Below the pieces are notes generated by a model. The model had not been told where the DNA came from, made no database searches, and worked only from the letters and a program-made list of their open reading frames with translations. Made by a program: the position numbers and the translations under genes. Below are positions 10,108-19,200 of a stretch of DNA of 64,000 nucleotides, in pieces (position 1 is the first letter of the stretch; every line of letters begins with the position of its first letter). The stretch covers positions 1 to 64,000 of the IMG/VR virus record IMGVR_UViG_3300028591_000079; one strand, 5' to 3'. This DNA comes from a virus (Duplodnaviria; Caudoviricetes).

Positions 10108-10326
10108 ATGGCATTAACAGCAATAGATACATATACGGTTACAAAAAACGGTGAATATGATAAAACAACAAAAAATACAGAAAAAACAAAAATAAACAAT
10201 GATCAAATAGTTTTTGCAAAAGAATTAGAATTAAAGTTTGACCCAAAAGACACAGAATCAGTACAAGTGGCAAAAATGTATCTAAGCAATGGTATGTCTA
10301 TAATAGTAGCAAAAACAAGCATATAA
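10108..10326 (+). CDS. Small hypothetical protein
   Basis: AAGGA RBS; followed by terminator. Confidence 0.7.
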   Translation: MALTAIDTYTVTKNGEYDKTTKNTEKTKINNDQIVFAKELELKFDPKDTESVQVAKMYLSNGMSIIVAKTSI

Positions 10327-10347
10327 AAACTTTGTATAGCAATTTAA

Positions 10348-10386
10348 AATAGCCTCCAAATGTTGTTTTTTGGAGGTTATTTTTTT
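10348..10386 (+). terminator. Terminator insulating silent cassette C
   Basis: AATAGCCTCCAAA...TTTGGAGGTTATTTTTTT immediately before site 4. Confidence 0.75.
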
Positions 10387-10394
10387 ATAATAAG

Positions 10395-10408
10395 TTCTTA
10401 TCCTCGAA
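10395..10408 (+). repeat. Shufflon recombination site 4
   Basis: Exact TTCTTATCCTCGAA. Confidence 0.92.
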
Positions 10409-12968
10409 TCAAGGGGCTGAAAATAGCGGTAAAGTCTTAGTTACAAAAAATGATGGTGAAGTTGTTTTAGCAGAGCCTGATGATACAATTACTGTGTATT
10501 CTGGTATGCGTCATGGTAAAAACTTCATAAATCCAGATGATCCCGATTGGAGTGAAACATCGTTTATAAACGCATCTGGTCAAAGAATTGCAACTCAAGG
10601 TGAAGATCCATCATCGTCATATCAAGATAATTTTGGTCATACCGGTTTGTGCCCTGTAAAAGAAGGCTATACTTACACATATTCGTCAGATTGTACTGGA
10701 ACTGGTAATATTAGAATTCACGCTTATGATGCTAATGGTAATTGGCTTCAACAAATTTGGTATACTTCAGGTCCAAATTGGACTGGCTCAAAAAGCTTTA
10801 CTACACCAGCTGGGTGTAAATTTGTTTTATGCAACTTTTTCAAAGAAAATCGTACATTTATTCAATTAGAAGAAGGCAATACAGCAACCGAATATGAACC
10901 ATATTATGAAGAAAGCGTATCAACTATCGGCGCTAATATTGATATGGAAGCGGTTACAGAAACAATAGAAGAAAAAGTTGAAGAAGTTGTTTCTGAAATG
11001 GATTTAACTCCTGTCGGAAAAATGCATAATCCACCTTTAAGAATGGATAAAAGTACATTCAGAGTTTTAGATATCGGTAATTCATTTACAAAAGACTGTA
11101 TTTCATATATATCAAGTCTTATTACTCATTTAGGTGTTGATGCTTCCAATATGTCATTTACTTCTGCTTATAGAGGTGGTGCATCATATAAAAACTGGTT
11201 TGATATATTCCACGATAAAGATACTTCAAGTTATACAATCGAAAAAGTATTTGGTGGATTGACAGAAACTTATCCAGGTAGTCATGGCGCAGGTCAAGGT
11301 GAATGCTTCCGTAATTGTTTGAAAGACCACCATTATGATTTGATTATTATTCACCAAGTTTCTACATATTCTGGTGCTTATCAAGGTTGGGAAGGCAGTG
11401 GTGCTGATGGTTATCTAAAAGAATTTATTAGACTGTTAAGATTTTATCAACCACAAGCTCATATTGGTTTCTTGATGGTACATGCTTCACCTAGACAACA
11501 ACAATCTGGAGAAGCTAACACTAGACCACAATGGGGAAGAATAGCTGAAAGTACAAAATGGTTGGTTCAAAACTATGATATAGACTTCATAATTCCAGCA
11601 GCAACAGCAGTAGAAAATCTTCGTATATCTACAGATGCTAAAAATGCTGCCCATCAACTAACTAGAGATAATCATCATATGGCTTATGGATTGTGTCGTT
11701 ATACTGGAAATTGCACATATTACGAAACAGTCTTCGCCCCATACTTTGGAAAATCTATGTATAACTCTGGATGGATGCCAACAACAGAAGCAGCACCTTC
11801 AGGTTATGAATCAGATTGTATTTCTTTGACTAATGTAAATATTCAAGTTGGTCAAATGTGTGCCATGTTGGCTATAAATGATAAATGGACACTAACAAAT
11901 CCTGATGGTTTATATATTGGTCCAGAAGAAGATGTTCCAGTTCCACCAACTCCAGTAGATCCAACTGAAGGTATGGTTCAATTGAATTTACAAGCCCCAG
12001 GTAACATGGAACAAGGATGGTGGGCATGGAGTGATAGTGCAACACCAACAGCATACGATGTTACTGCTGGAGTTTTACTAGATGACGGTGCTGTAAATGG
12101 TGATTGCGATAGCAATCCAACTGGGACGCTTACCGATTTGATAAACAACAACAGTGCAACTCAAGTGTTTTTCAGACCAACTGAATCAACGTTAGTTCCA
12201 GTAGGTTCTAAAATCAAATTGCCAACAGGATATAGTGCAAGATGCAACTGGTATGGTGAAAATTATGGTTGGTGGAGAAGTGCTAATACTCTAAATGGTG
12301 ATGGTACAACGTATTTTGAGTTAGAACCAATTTCATTAGATGGTGTTCCATCAGACCATCAATTCACAAGAGTATATTTGAGTATCTATAGAGTAGCTGA
12401 TCAAGGAAGTGGTTCAGGTAAAGGTAGATCAATACTTAACGATACTTACATCAACGCTAGAATCGCAGATGGTATTGAAATCTGGGTACCTGAAGGACCT
12501 TATCCCGAATATGAAGAAATGATTTTAAATACTACTAACGTTCTTCCAGGTTGGTGGAGATGTGCTGCAGGTTCAACAGGGACAACGGTTAATACTATAA
12601 TGAGTATACCTTCAGGATACCCAATGTTAGTAACAAATCATACCACTACACCCTATATTGGTTTGCCCGAAGTTGATATGGGAAGTAAATTAGTCATTCC
12701 AGCTGGTTATTCAATGAGACCACAATATATCAACTCCACAACACAACAGGCTATAAGAGATGGTGCAGAAGTTGAAGGTCCAGTAACATTCAACACAGCA
12801 ACTGATTATAACTGCCCAGCTGCAACAATGGAAACTTTGAATCCAGATAAAGTAAGAATGCATTACTATAAAGTTGCAGATGTAGGTCAAGGTGGTGCAA
12901 GTGTTGATACTGCATACATTGAAGCTAATTTACCAGGTTTTGTTATGTATATACCTGAAAATGAATAA
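10395..12968 (+). CDS. Silent variable cassette C: fibre C-terminus with SGNH/GDSL esterase (DUF4886-like) domain
   Basis: Open from the site (FLSSNQGAENSGKVL...) in frame with 10494..12968; RVLDIGNSFT, YDLIIIHQVS, IIPAATAVENLR, RDNHH motifs. Confidence 0.8.
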   Translation, partial: FLSSNQGAENSGKVLVTKNDGEVVLAEPDDTITVYSGMRHGKNFINPDDPDWSETSFINASGQRIATQGEDPSSSYQDNFGHTGLCPVKEGYTYTYSSDCTGTGNIRIHAYDANGNWLQQIWYTSGPNWTGSKSFTTPAGCKFVLCNFFKENRTFIQLEEGNTATEYEPYYEESVSTIGANIDMEAVTETIEEKVEEVVSEMDLTPVGKMHNPPLRMDKSTFRVLDIGNSFTKDCISYISSLITHLGVDASNMSFTSAYRGGASYKNWFDIFHDKDTSSYTIEKVFGGLTETYPGSHGAGQGECFRNCLKDHHYDLIIIHQVSTYSGAYQGWEGSGADGYLKEFIRLLRFYQPQAHIGFLMVHASPRQQQSGEANTRPQWGRIAESTKWLVQNYDIDFIIPAATAVENLRISTDAKNAAHQLTRDNHHMAYGLCRYTGNCTYYETVFAPYFGKSMYNSGWMPTTEAAPSGYESDCISLTNVNIQVGQMCAMLAINDKWTLTNPDGLYIGPEEDVPVPPTPVDPTEGMVQLNLQAPGNMEQGWWAWSDSATPTAYDVTAGVLLDDGAVNGDCDSNPTGTLTDLINNNSATQVFFRPTESTLVPVGSKIKLPTGYSARCNWYGENYGWWRSANTLNGDGTTYFELEPISLDGVPSDHQFTRVYLSIYRVADQGSGSGKGRSILNDTYINARIADGIEIWVPEGPYPEYEEMILNTTNVLPGWWRCAAGSTGTTVNTIMSIPSGYPMLVTNHTTTPYIGLPEVDMGSKLVIPAGYSMRPQYINSTTQQAIRDGAEVEGPVTFNTATDYNCPAATMETLNPDKVRMHYYKVADVGQGGASVDTAYIEANLPGFVMYIPENE

Positions 12969-12986
12969 CTAACAGTATTTGAGTCT

Positions 12987-13028
12987 AAAAACTAACCCTC
13001 CCACTTTTATTGATGGGAGGGTGTTTTG
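12987..13028. terminator. Bidirectional terminator between cassettes C and D
   Basis: ACCCTCCCA/TGGGAGGGT stem with flanking A/T tracts. Confidence 0.75.
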
Positions 13029-13036
13029 TTAAGTTT

Positions 13037-14071
13037 TTATGCTGGTACATTATAACTATCAGCACTTTTCAATATTTTATCTGCAACATATCTACAAAGA
13101 CCAAGAACATTAGGGCCATTTGATAAGATCAAATCAAGATACATTCCATCATCGTTACGTAATATGTCACCTGTTTGTTCATTGAAATCTGTTCCACTAT
13201 CTGGAATACAATCTTTTTCACTCAAAGAATGATATTCCAATAGATTTATTCCAGAATCCATAAAAATAATTGCTGACATAATTTTTGTTGTGGAAGCTGG
13301 ATTGAACTGAGTATCAGCACTTTGCTCGAACAAATATGTTGGTGTAAAATTGGTCCATGTTTGTGGAAATGCTGGAACCGGTAAATATGCAGCACAACCA
13401 TATTCAGCATGTGTTATACTAGATGGTACAGGTTCTGGAGTTTCACCTGGATTAAGACGTGAATTTCTGATTTCTGCAGCACAAATATCGAGAATTTCAC
13501 AAACAGCCATAGCTCTATGTTCTCTTCCTGTATGTCCATCTTCTGTTCCACTTATACGTGAAATGACTGCTGTTACGTATTCGTTTTCAACTAAAGCGTT
13601 TACAATATAACAATAGCATCTTTGTGTTGTTGGTGTTGTCCAACCACCACCTTTAGAAGCAAGCACTTTATAAGGAAACACTATTGTACTATCATTGTGA
13701 AGAGTTTTATAAGCATTTGCAAAGCTTTCTTGAGCATTAGATGTAAGAGTATAAGTTCTTGCATGATCACCATAGACAGGTATTTGTCTTGTACCAGCAA
13801 ATGAACAGTATTGTATGATTTGTGGATATCCACACATGAAAATACCCAACTTCAACAAATCTCTTGCAGTACTCACATTATAATCGGAATACATTGAACC
13901 ACCATATGGATTATTGAATGTAGTATTTGTCATTCCAATTAGTTGTGCTTTTTTGTTCATCAAAGATACAATTACCGCATATTTTTCTTCATCAGTATGT
14001 TGTATATCTGTATTTTGTGAAATAATTGACTGCCATTGATTATTTTCATCTTTATATTTCAAAACTGACAT
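13037..14071 (-). CDS. Cassette D second gene: circularly permuted serine D-Ala-D-Ala carboxypeptidase (peptidase S11/PBP)-like protein
   Basis: MNKKAQLIGMTNTTFNNPYG, STARDL and KGG precede PASTTKIM (SxxK) and LILSN; N-terminal MSVLKYKDENNQW resembles fibre-associated proteins. Confidence 0.75.
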   Translation of the reverse strand: MSVLKYKDENNQWQSIISQNTDIQHTDEEKYAVIVSLMNKKAQLIGMTNTTFNNPYGGSMYSDYNVSTARDLLKLGIFMCGYPQIIQYCSFAGTRQIPVYGDHARTYTLTSNAQESFANAYKTLHNDSTIVFPYKVLASKGGGWTTPTTQRCYCYIVNALVENEYVTAVISRISGTEDGHTGREHRAMAVCEILDICAAEIRNSRLNPGETPEPVPSSITHAEYGCAAYLPVPAFPQTWTNFTPTYLFEQSADTQFNPASTTKIMSAIIFMDSGINLLEYHSLSEKDCIPDSGTDFNEQTGDILRNDDGMYLDLILSNGPNVLGLCRYVADKILKSADSYNVPA

Positions 14072-14088
14072 GACATATTCCTTTTGTT

Positions 14089-14861
14089 TTATATTAAGCC
14101 GTTTGCTACATCTGGTCCCTTAGTAACAAATGGGTTGCCAAAAGATGTCCAAAATGGTGTATTAGTTTGTGGGCAAATGTTTCCTTCCATGTCGTAAAAA
14201 CCTATTACATTATCAGATAATCTATAGCATGGGACGAAATGGAAACTCTTATTTGAGTCTGTCAAAATTATATCATAAACATTCGCATAAATCCAACGTG
14301 CATAACTATCTGCAGAATGATTACATAACACAGAAAGAGTTTGATTTACAGTAAACGTTTGTGTTGATGGGGTGTCAACAAACTAGACCCATAATAGAAC
14401 GAACCGTCATGTAAAGAATAAACTCTTCTATCTGTTATTGCACCACCTGAAGGAAGATTGCCACTTATTTCAGTCAATGTTCCCCATAATATTGCATATT
14501 TAGTACCACTTACTCTATAAGCAAAGCGTGGTGTGTCTGTGGTTTCATAAGCACCAGCAAAGCATACTTGTGTACTAGGTGTTTGTGTTATTTTGGCATC
14601 AATATAAAAGCTTAAATTATTAGTTGGATTGAAACCTAAATCAAGATATTGACTACCTTCTGCTACTACATATTCAACTCTTTGATATTCAGGCGCAGTA
14701 GATGTATCTAACCAAAATTGATAAAATGAATCTGTTGGTGCAGTATTTCCAATATAGATAACTTGATTCGTTGTACTACCGCTTGCAGCAACAACTTTAC
14801 CTTGTGAATCTACTGCTAAAAACTTACCTTCATTTTCAGAACCTTGGTTCGAGGATAAGAA
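14089..14861 (-). pseudogene. Silent variable cassette D (3' half of fibre gene), with an apparent 1-nt frameshift near 14375
   Basis: Open from site 5 (FLSSNQGSENEGKFL...YQRVEYVVAEGSQYLDLG) to a stop at 14346; the adjacent frame continues TPSTQTFTVNQTL...FVPCYRLSDNVIGFYD to 14089. Confidence 0.7.
14848..14861 (-). repeat. Shufflon recombination site 5
   Basis: Exact reverse complement of TTCTTATCCTCGAA, 14 bp past the recombinase stop codon. Confidence 0.92.
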
Positions 14862-14875
14862 CTTGATTGATGAAA

Positions 14876-16171
14876 TTATACATAAAATACGACCATACCT
14901 TTGACTTTTTTACCTATAATTTTAGATACCGCTTCTTTAAGTGTTTTGTCTGATATTCCTGTTTGAATCATTACATTGTTTGCTCTTTTTTGCTTGTCTT
15001 TTATCCATTTCTTACCCAATAAGAGCGCTATATAAGGGTATGTAATTTGATTTATTGCATCCATCATTGCCAATGGAGATGTCTCCATTGATATTTTTGT
15101 ATATGTTTTAGCCGCTATAGAATTGTTGCTTGATTTGTTTCCGGCAATAGCTTCAAGCATTTCCAATGGAATTCCTACTTTTACATTTGCAGAATAAAAA
15201 CACTTTTTAAAAGAGTGAAAGTCTTTTATATATTTAGATTCTTTTTCTGGTTTGATTTCCAAAGCTTCCATTAATGCATTTATATTTGAGTTTATGACCG
15301 ATGGATTGTATGTGTTGTTTTTTGTCAACATAACTTCTTCAAAAATAAATGAGTCTTTTCCATATTCTTTTTCATGGTTTACTAAATAGCTTTTAAAATT
15401 TAATCCAGTAAATAATAATTCAGAAATTGGCAAAACTCGAGATGATTCTTCCGTTTTTAAATGTTTATATGATTCTCTTTCATCTCCAATATTTATCAAA
15501 GCTTTGTCGCAATGTATATTTATTAGTTGTTGTTTTATGTCAATATCTCTATGTCTAATTGTACAAGAGGCGTTTGCACGAGATCCTGTAAATAAAGAAA
15601 TTAAAATAGAATAATAATGTTGCTCTGGGAATTTTTTTATCATTTCCAGTTTTTTCTTCAATTTTTTATGTTTTTTTATTAATATATCAAGATCTGCAAA
15701 ATTACCCTTTTTTATTTTTGCCATCATACCAAATAATTTTTTATAATCCAAATCATTTAGTGGTATTCTGTCTTTTTTAGGGTTTAATTCTTTTACTTGA
15801 CTACAATTCAATAATGATAATTTTCTAAAAATTTTGTCAGTATTTTTTAGTTTTGAATTTTCATCAGCAACTCTAATTATTTGTCTAAAAAGTCTAAAAA
15901 ATTCTTTAATTGTCTTATGTGAATACTTCTTACCCTTGTTTTTTCCACTTGGTTGAACGTATGAAAATAGTTTTTGTTTCATATCATCAATTATACCAGG
16001 ATTTTGATCGATTTCTCTTATGTCCTCTACACCACATAATTTAATTAATAACTCAACACGGGCATCCGCAGTTACCCTATCTTTTTTACCAAAATTATGC
16101 TCTACACTCTTATACCATATTTTTCTTATGTTATATTTTGTAATGTAGTTTTTGTTTTCATTTTGTACCAT
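14876..16171 (-). CDS. Tyrosine recombinase (putative shufflon invertase)
   Basis: LFTGSR (Arg), LKTEESSRVLPI (Lys), FHSFKK (HxxR-like), IAGN...KTY (Tyr); adjacent to the repeat array. Confidence 0.85.
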   Translation of the reverse strand: MVQNENKNYITKYNIRKIWYKSVEHNFGKKDRVTADARVELLIKLCGVEDIREIDQNPGIIDDMKQKLFSYVQPSGKNKGKKYSHKTIKEFFRLFRQIIRVADENSKLKNTDKIFRKLSLLNCSQVKELNPKKDRIPLNDLDYKKLFGMMAKIKKGNFADLDILIKKHKKLKKKLEMIKKFPEQHYYSILISLFTGSRANASCTIRHRDIDIKQQLINIHCDKALINIGDERESYKHLKTEESSRVLPISELLFTGLNFKSYLVNHEKEYGKDSFIFEEVMLTKNNTYNPSVINSNINALMEALEIKPEKESKYIKDFHSFKKCFYSANVKVGIPLEMLEAIAGNKSSNNSIAAKTYTKISMETSPLAMMDAINQITYPYIALLLGKKWIKDKQKRANNVMIQTGISDKTLKEAVSKIIGKKVKGMVVFYV

Positions 16172-16361
16172 TTTGTCACCTCAAAATTATATTGTACTAA
16201 AAATATTTTAGTCAATTTTTGTCAAGAAGTCAAATTAAAAATTAATCAGAATTTTTAGTTCTATTATATTAGTAAGTACAGTATGTTATTTGCGCCGTAG
16301 CATACTTTATCTTACAAGATCTCAAATCAACAAGGCGCTTATAAATTAAAGAGGTCAAAAA

Positions 16362-16628
16362 ATGGCAGCAGTAATCAAATCTCATGTATATGAAAACAAA
16401 GTAATGATTGATGGTGCAGAAAAAACTGTAAAATATGTACACGCAGTCTATAATGATGTAGAAGATGCAGCACGTACAGAAGCTCTTACACTAGATGCTA
16501 TCAAAAGTGGTGTAACTGATGCTCCAGCAGTAACTGAATTGCGCACCTTACGTACAACTTGCAGCAAACTACCTGGCCAAGAAAAATGGGCAGTTCGCGG
16601 CGTTTTACGTTATATCAATGTTGCATAA
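16362..16628 (+). CDS. Small, probably highly expressed (virion?) protein
   Basis: GAGG RBS, AGTTCTA at 16257, own terminator at ~16652-16688, capsid-like codon usage. Confidence 0.7.
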   Translation: MAAVIKSHVYENKVMIDGAEKTVKYVHAVYNDVEDAARTEALTLDAIKSGVTDAPAVTELRTLRTTCSKLPGQEKWAVRGVLRYINVA

Positions 16629-16727
16629 TTTTGTATTACATTAAATCAAACAAAACCCTTCTAGATTTGTTTTTTTAGAGGGGTTTTATATTTTTCATAG
16701 TTCTAATATTATATAAAAGGCCAAATA

Positions 16728-16973
16728 ATGAAACAAACAGACCAACAACAATATGAACAAGAAGTAAGAACAGAACTAAAAAGAACACCAGGAATACCTT
16801 TGAATGGTTGTTTTTATCTTATTATTCTTGGTGCTTTGGCTTGTATATCGGTTAAGGGTTGTAAAATGGTGAATATGAAATATGAAGAACAAAAAGCTAA
16901 ACATGAATTATATATGGACAGCCTAAACAAAATAAATCCCAATATAGTAAATTATAAGAGCAAACAAAAATGA
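16728..16973 (+). CDS. Hypothetical membrane-anchored protein
   Basis: One hydrophobic segment; AGTTCTA at 16699. Confidence 0.6.
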   Translation: MKQTDQQQYEQEVRTELKRTPGIPLNGCFYLIILGALACISVKGCKMVNMKYEEQKAKHELYMDSLNKINPNIVNYKSKQK

Positions 16974-17239
16974 GAATAGATAAGTCAACATACAAACTTT
17001 TTACTGATCATGTTGTTTATGAGCCTGTTGCTGGTGTTGAAATTAGAAGAGCTTTACAGGATGGAATAGAAATATTTGAGTTTGAAAAGATGCCTGTGGA
17101 AGTAAAAATGAATGATGTTGTAATAATTGTAAATAAAAATGCAAAACTTGATAAACTCGTCAATGAATATTTTGTAAAGCTTGAAAGAAAAAGTAGACAG
17201 CCTTATAATGCAGCTTATCATAGAGGTATAGTTAGATAG
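16970..17239 (+). CDS. Hypothetical protein
   Basis: ATGA overlap with the upstream gene. Confidence 0.6.
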   Translation: MRIDKSTYKLFTDHVVYEPVAGVEIRRALQDGIEIFEFEKMPVEVKMNDVVIIVNKNAKLDKLVNEYFVKLERKSRQPYNAAYHRGIVR

Positions 17240-17248
17240 GAGACTACA

Positions 17249-18415
17249 ATGGGAAAGAAGGTTTTGATTTATGAAGGCGCTTCTGGTCATGGAGAATGTT
17301 TATCTTCATATTATGCGTTTTTTAAAAAATTAGGGTATGATGTTGACTTTGTAATAAGAGATGTTGTTGAAAACGAAAAACCGTTATGGATGATAGAGGA
17401 AAATGTTACAACATATATAATAAAAAATCCATCTTCTTGCTATTCTGCACAAATAAAAAAACATATGGATGAAATAAAATCAAAAGTCCCAAATTTATTT
17501 TCTTATGATTTTTATTTTATATCAACATTAAATCAACCAGAATATTTTTTTGTGTGTTTATTGTGCAAGAACGGTGTTGATAAACAAAGAATATTACATC
17601 AAAATCATTTAGATTATATGAAATTTTTAAAAGATACGCACAACGATATTACACTTGCCCAAAATGGTTTTACTTTAGGTACTGTTAATGGGTTTTTCCC
17701 TCAATTATCTCCTAGTGTAAATATTTCAAAAATAAATCATCAAAAAAGAAAAATTGACAAAAACGAAATGACAATTTTTATATCTGGGCTTGCTCGTATA
17801 CATTTTAAAAATTTTGAATTGTTGGTTGATTCTGTGGAAAAACTAAACAGCGAAGGAATGAATATAAGCATAAACATAACTGGTGTGCGAGAACAACGTG
17901 GTTATGAATTACCAAAATCAAAATATATAAATTATCTTGGTAGAATTGATTTTAAAAACATGGCAAAACATTATTGTGAAGATGATTTTTTACTTGTTTT
18001 ATTTGATGAAAACGCTTTGGTTATGCAAAAAGAGCATGATACTTTTCTTAATGGTCGAGTATCTGGAAGTAGAAATATGTCAATTATGTATAAAATACCT
18101 CTTGTTGTACAAAAACCATTTCAATTATCGTGGGGGCTGGATGATAACAATTCTATAAGTTTTTTAGGTCATGATTATGAAAAAGTATTATTAAAATTAT
18201 TTTCAATAAAAAAAGAACAATATAATAACATAATAGAATCATTAGAAAAAAAAGAAAAAGAAGAATTTGACTTTTGTGTTGAAAATTTGAAAACAAAAAT
18301 AGCGTCACTTGATAAAAATAAATACAATAATTATGTAAAAATTGTTTATAAAGATCCACCAAAACCAAGAACAGATTTTATACATTATGGACCAAGGAAA
18401 ACACCATGGATTTAG
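17249..18415 (+). CDS. Putative GT-B-type glycosyltransferase
   Basis: GHGE...GYDVDFV N-terminus; INYLGRIDF...YCEDDFLLV resembles a GT4 C-terminal Rossmann segment. Confidence 0.5.
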   Translation: MGKKVLIYEGASGHGECLSSYYAFFKKLGYDVDFVIRDVVENEKPLWMIEENVTTYIIKNPSSCYSAQIKKHMDEIKSKVPNLFSYDFYFISTLNQPEYFFVCLLCKNGVDKQRILHQNHLDYMKFLKDTHNDITLAQNGFTLGTVNGFFPQLSPSVNISKINHQKRKIDKNEMTIFISGLARIHFKNFELLVDSVEKLNSEGMNISINITGVREQRGYELPKSKYINYLGRIDFKNMAKHYCEDDFLLVLFDENALVMQKEHDTFLNGRVSGSRNMSIMYKIPLVVQKPFQLSWGLDDNNSISFLGHDYEKVLLKLFSIKKEQYNNIIESLEKKEKEEFDFCVENLKTKIASLDKNKYNNYVKIVYKDPPKPRTDFIHYGPRKTPWI

Positions 18416-19200
18416 TATATATTGTAAAAGAAGATGAAAACAATGAAGAACTTAGATACTCTCTTCGTTCTATTGAAAAATTTGTAAAATGCGACAAGAT
18501 ATGGATAGTTGGTTATAAGCCTTCTTGGGTGCAAAACGTAGAATATATACATACAGAACAAAATCAAGGTAAATGGAAAAATTCAGTAAACAATATAATA
18601 GCCGCATGCAATAATAAAGATATATCAGATAATTTTGTGCTTATGAATGATGACTTTTTCGCCATGAGACAAATAAATGACCTTGAAAAGTCTTGTAATG
18701 TTGCATTGGGTACTTTAGATCAGGCAATATCAAAATATATAAATCACAGGGCAGGATGGTTTGATGCATTTAAAGAAGGATATGAACTATTAGAGCAACT
18801 TGGGACAGAAAAACCTTATTATAATTATGAATCACACTCTCCTATAATAATAAATAAAAAAGATTTCATGGATTTTATCAATCTACCACAAGTACAAGAA
18901 TTCATAAAAACAGATAAGGTATTACACAAAAGATCTATCTATAAAAACATCTATAAAATAACACCTAGAATATTACCTGAAGATGTTAAAATAGAAAAAG
19001 ACAATGATATAAAAACAAAAACAAAAATATTAGAGTGGATCTCCGTGTACGACAAACAAATACATAATCTAGAGTTTCCACAACTAAATTATGTACTAAA
19101 ACAACTATTCCCAATACAATGTAAATATGAAGCTTTTGTAACTCCAATAAATCCTTTCGGAAATCCACCCAGAAAAAAGAAAGATTTTATACATTATTAG
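18406..19200 (+). CDS. Stealth-like sugar-phosphotransferase/glycosyltransferase
   Basis: MDLVY...EELRYSLRSIEK...KPSWV...FVLMNDDFF motifs (Stealth CR1/CR2-like). Confidence 0.65.
   Translation: MDLVYIVKEDENNEELRYSLRSIEKFVKCDKIWIVGYKPSWVQNVEYIHTEQNQGKWKNSVNNIIAACNNKDISDNFVLMNDDFFAMRQINDLEKSCNVALGTLDQAISKYINHRAGWFDAFKEGYELLEQLGTEKPYYNYESHSPIIINKKDFMDFINLPQVQEFIKTDKVLHKRSIYKNIYKITPRILPEDVKIEKDNDIKTKTKILEWISVYDKQIHNLEFPQLNYVLKQLFPIQCKYEAFVTPINPFGNPPRKKKDFIHY

Noticed and set aside
20-14861. 14-bp repeats as a CRISPR array or as DGR template/variable repeats
   Set aside because: Copies are kb apart, in both orientations and in frame within genes; no cas or reverse-transcriptase gene and no A-specific mismatch pairs seen
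14876-16171. Prophage integrase marking an att site
   Set aside because: Phage genes lie on both sides with no host boundary; its position at the end of the inverted-repeat array fits an invertase better
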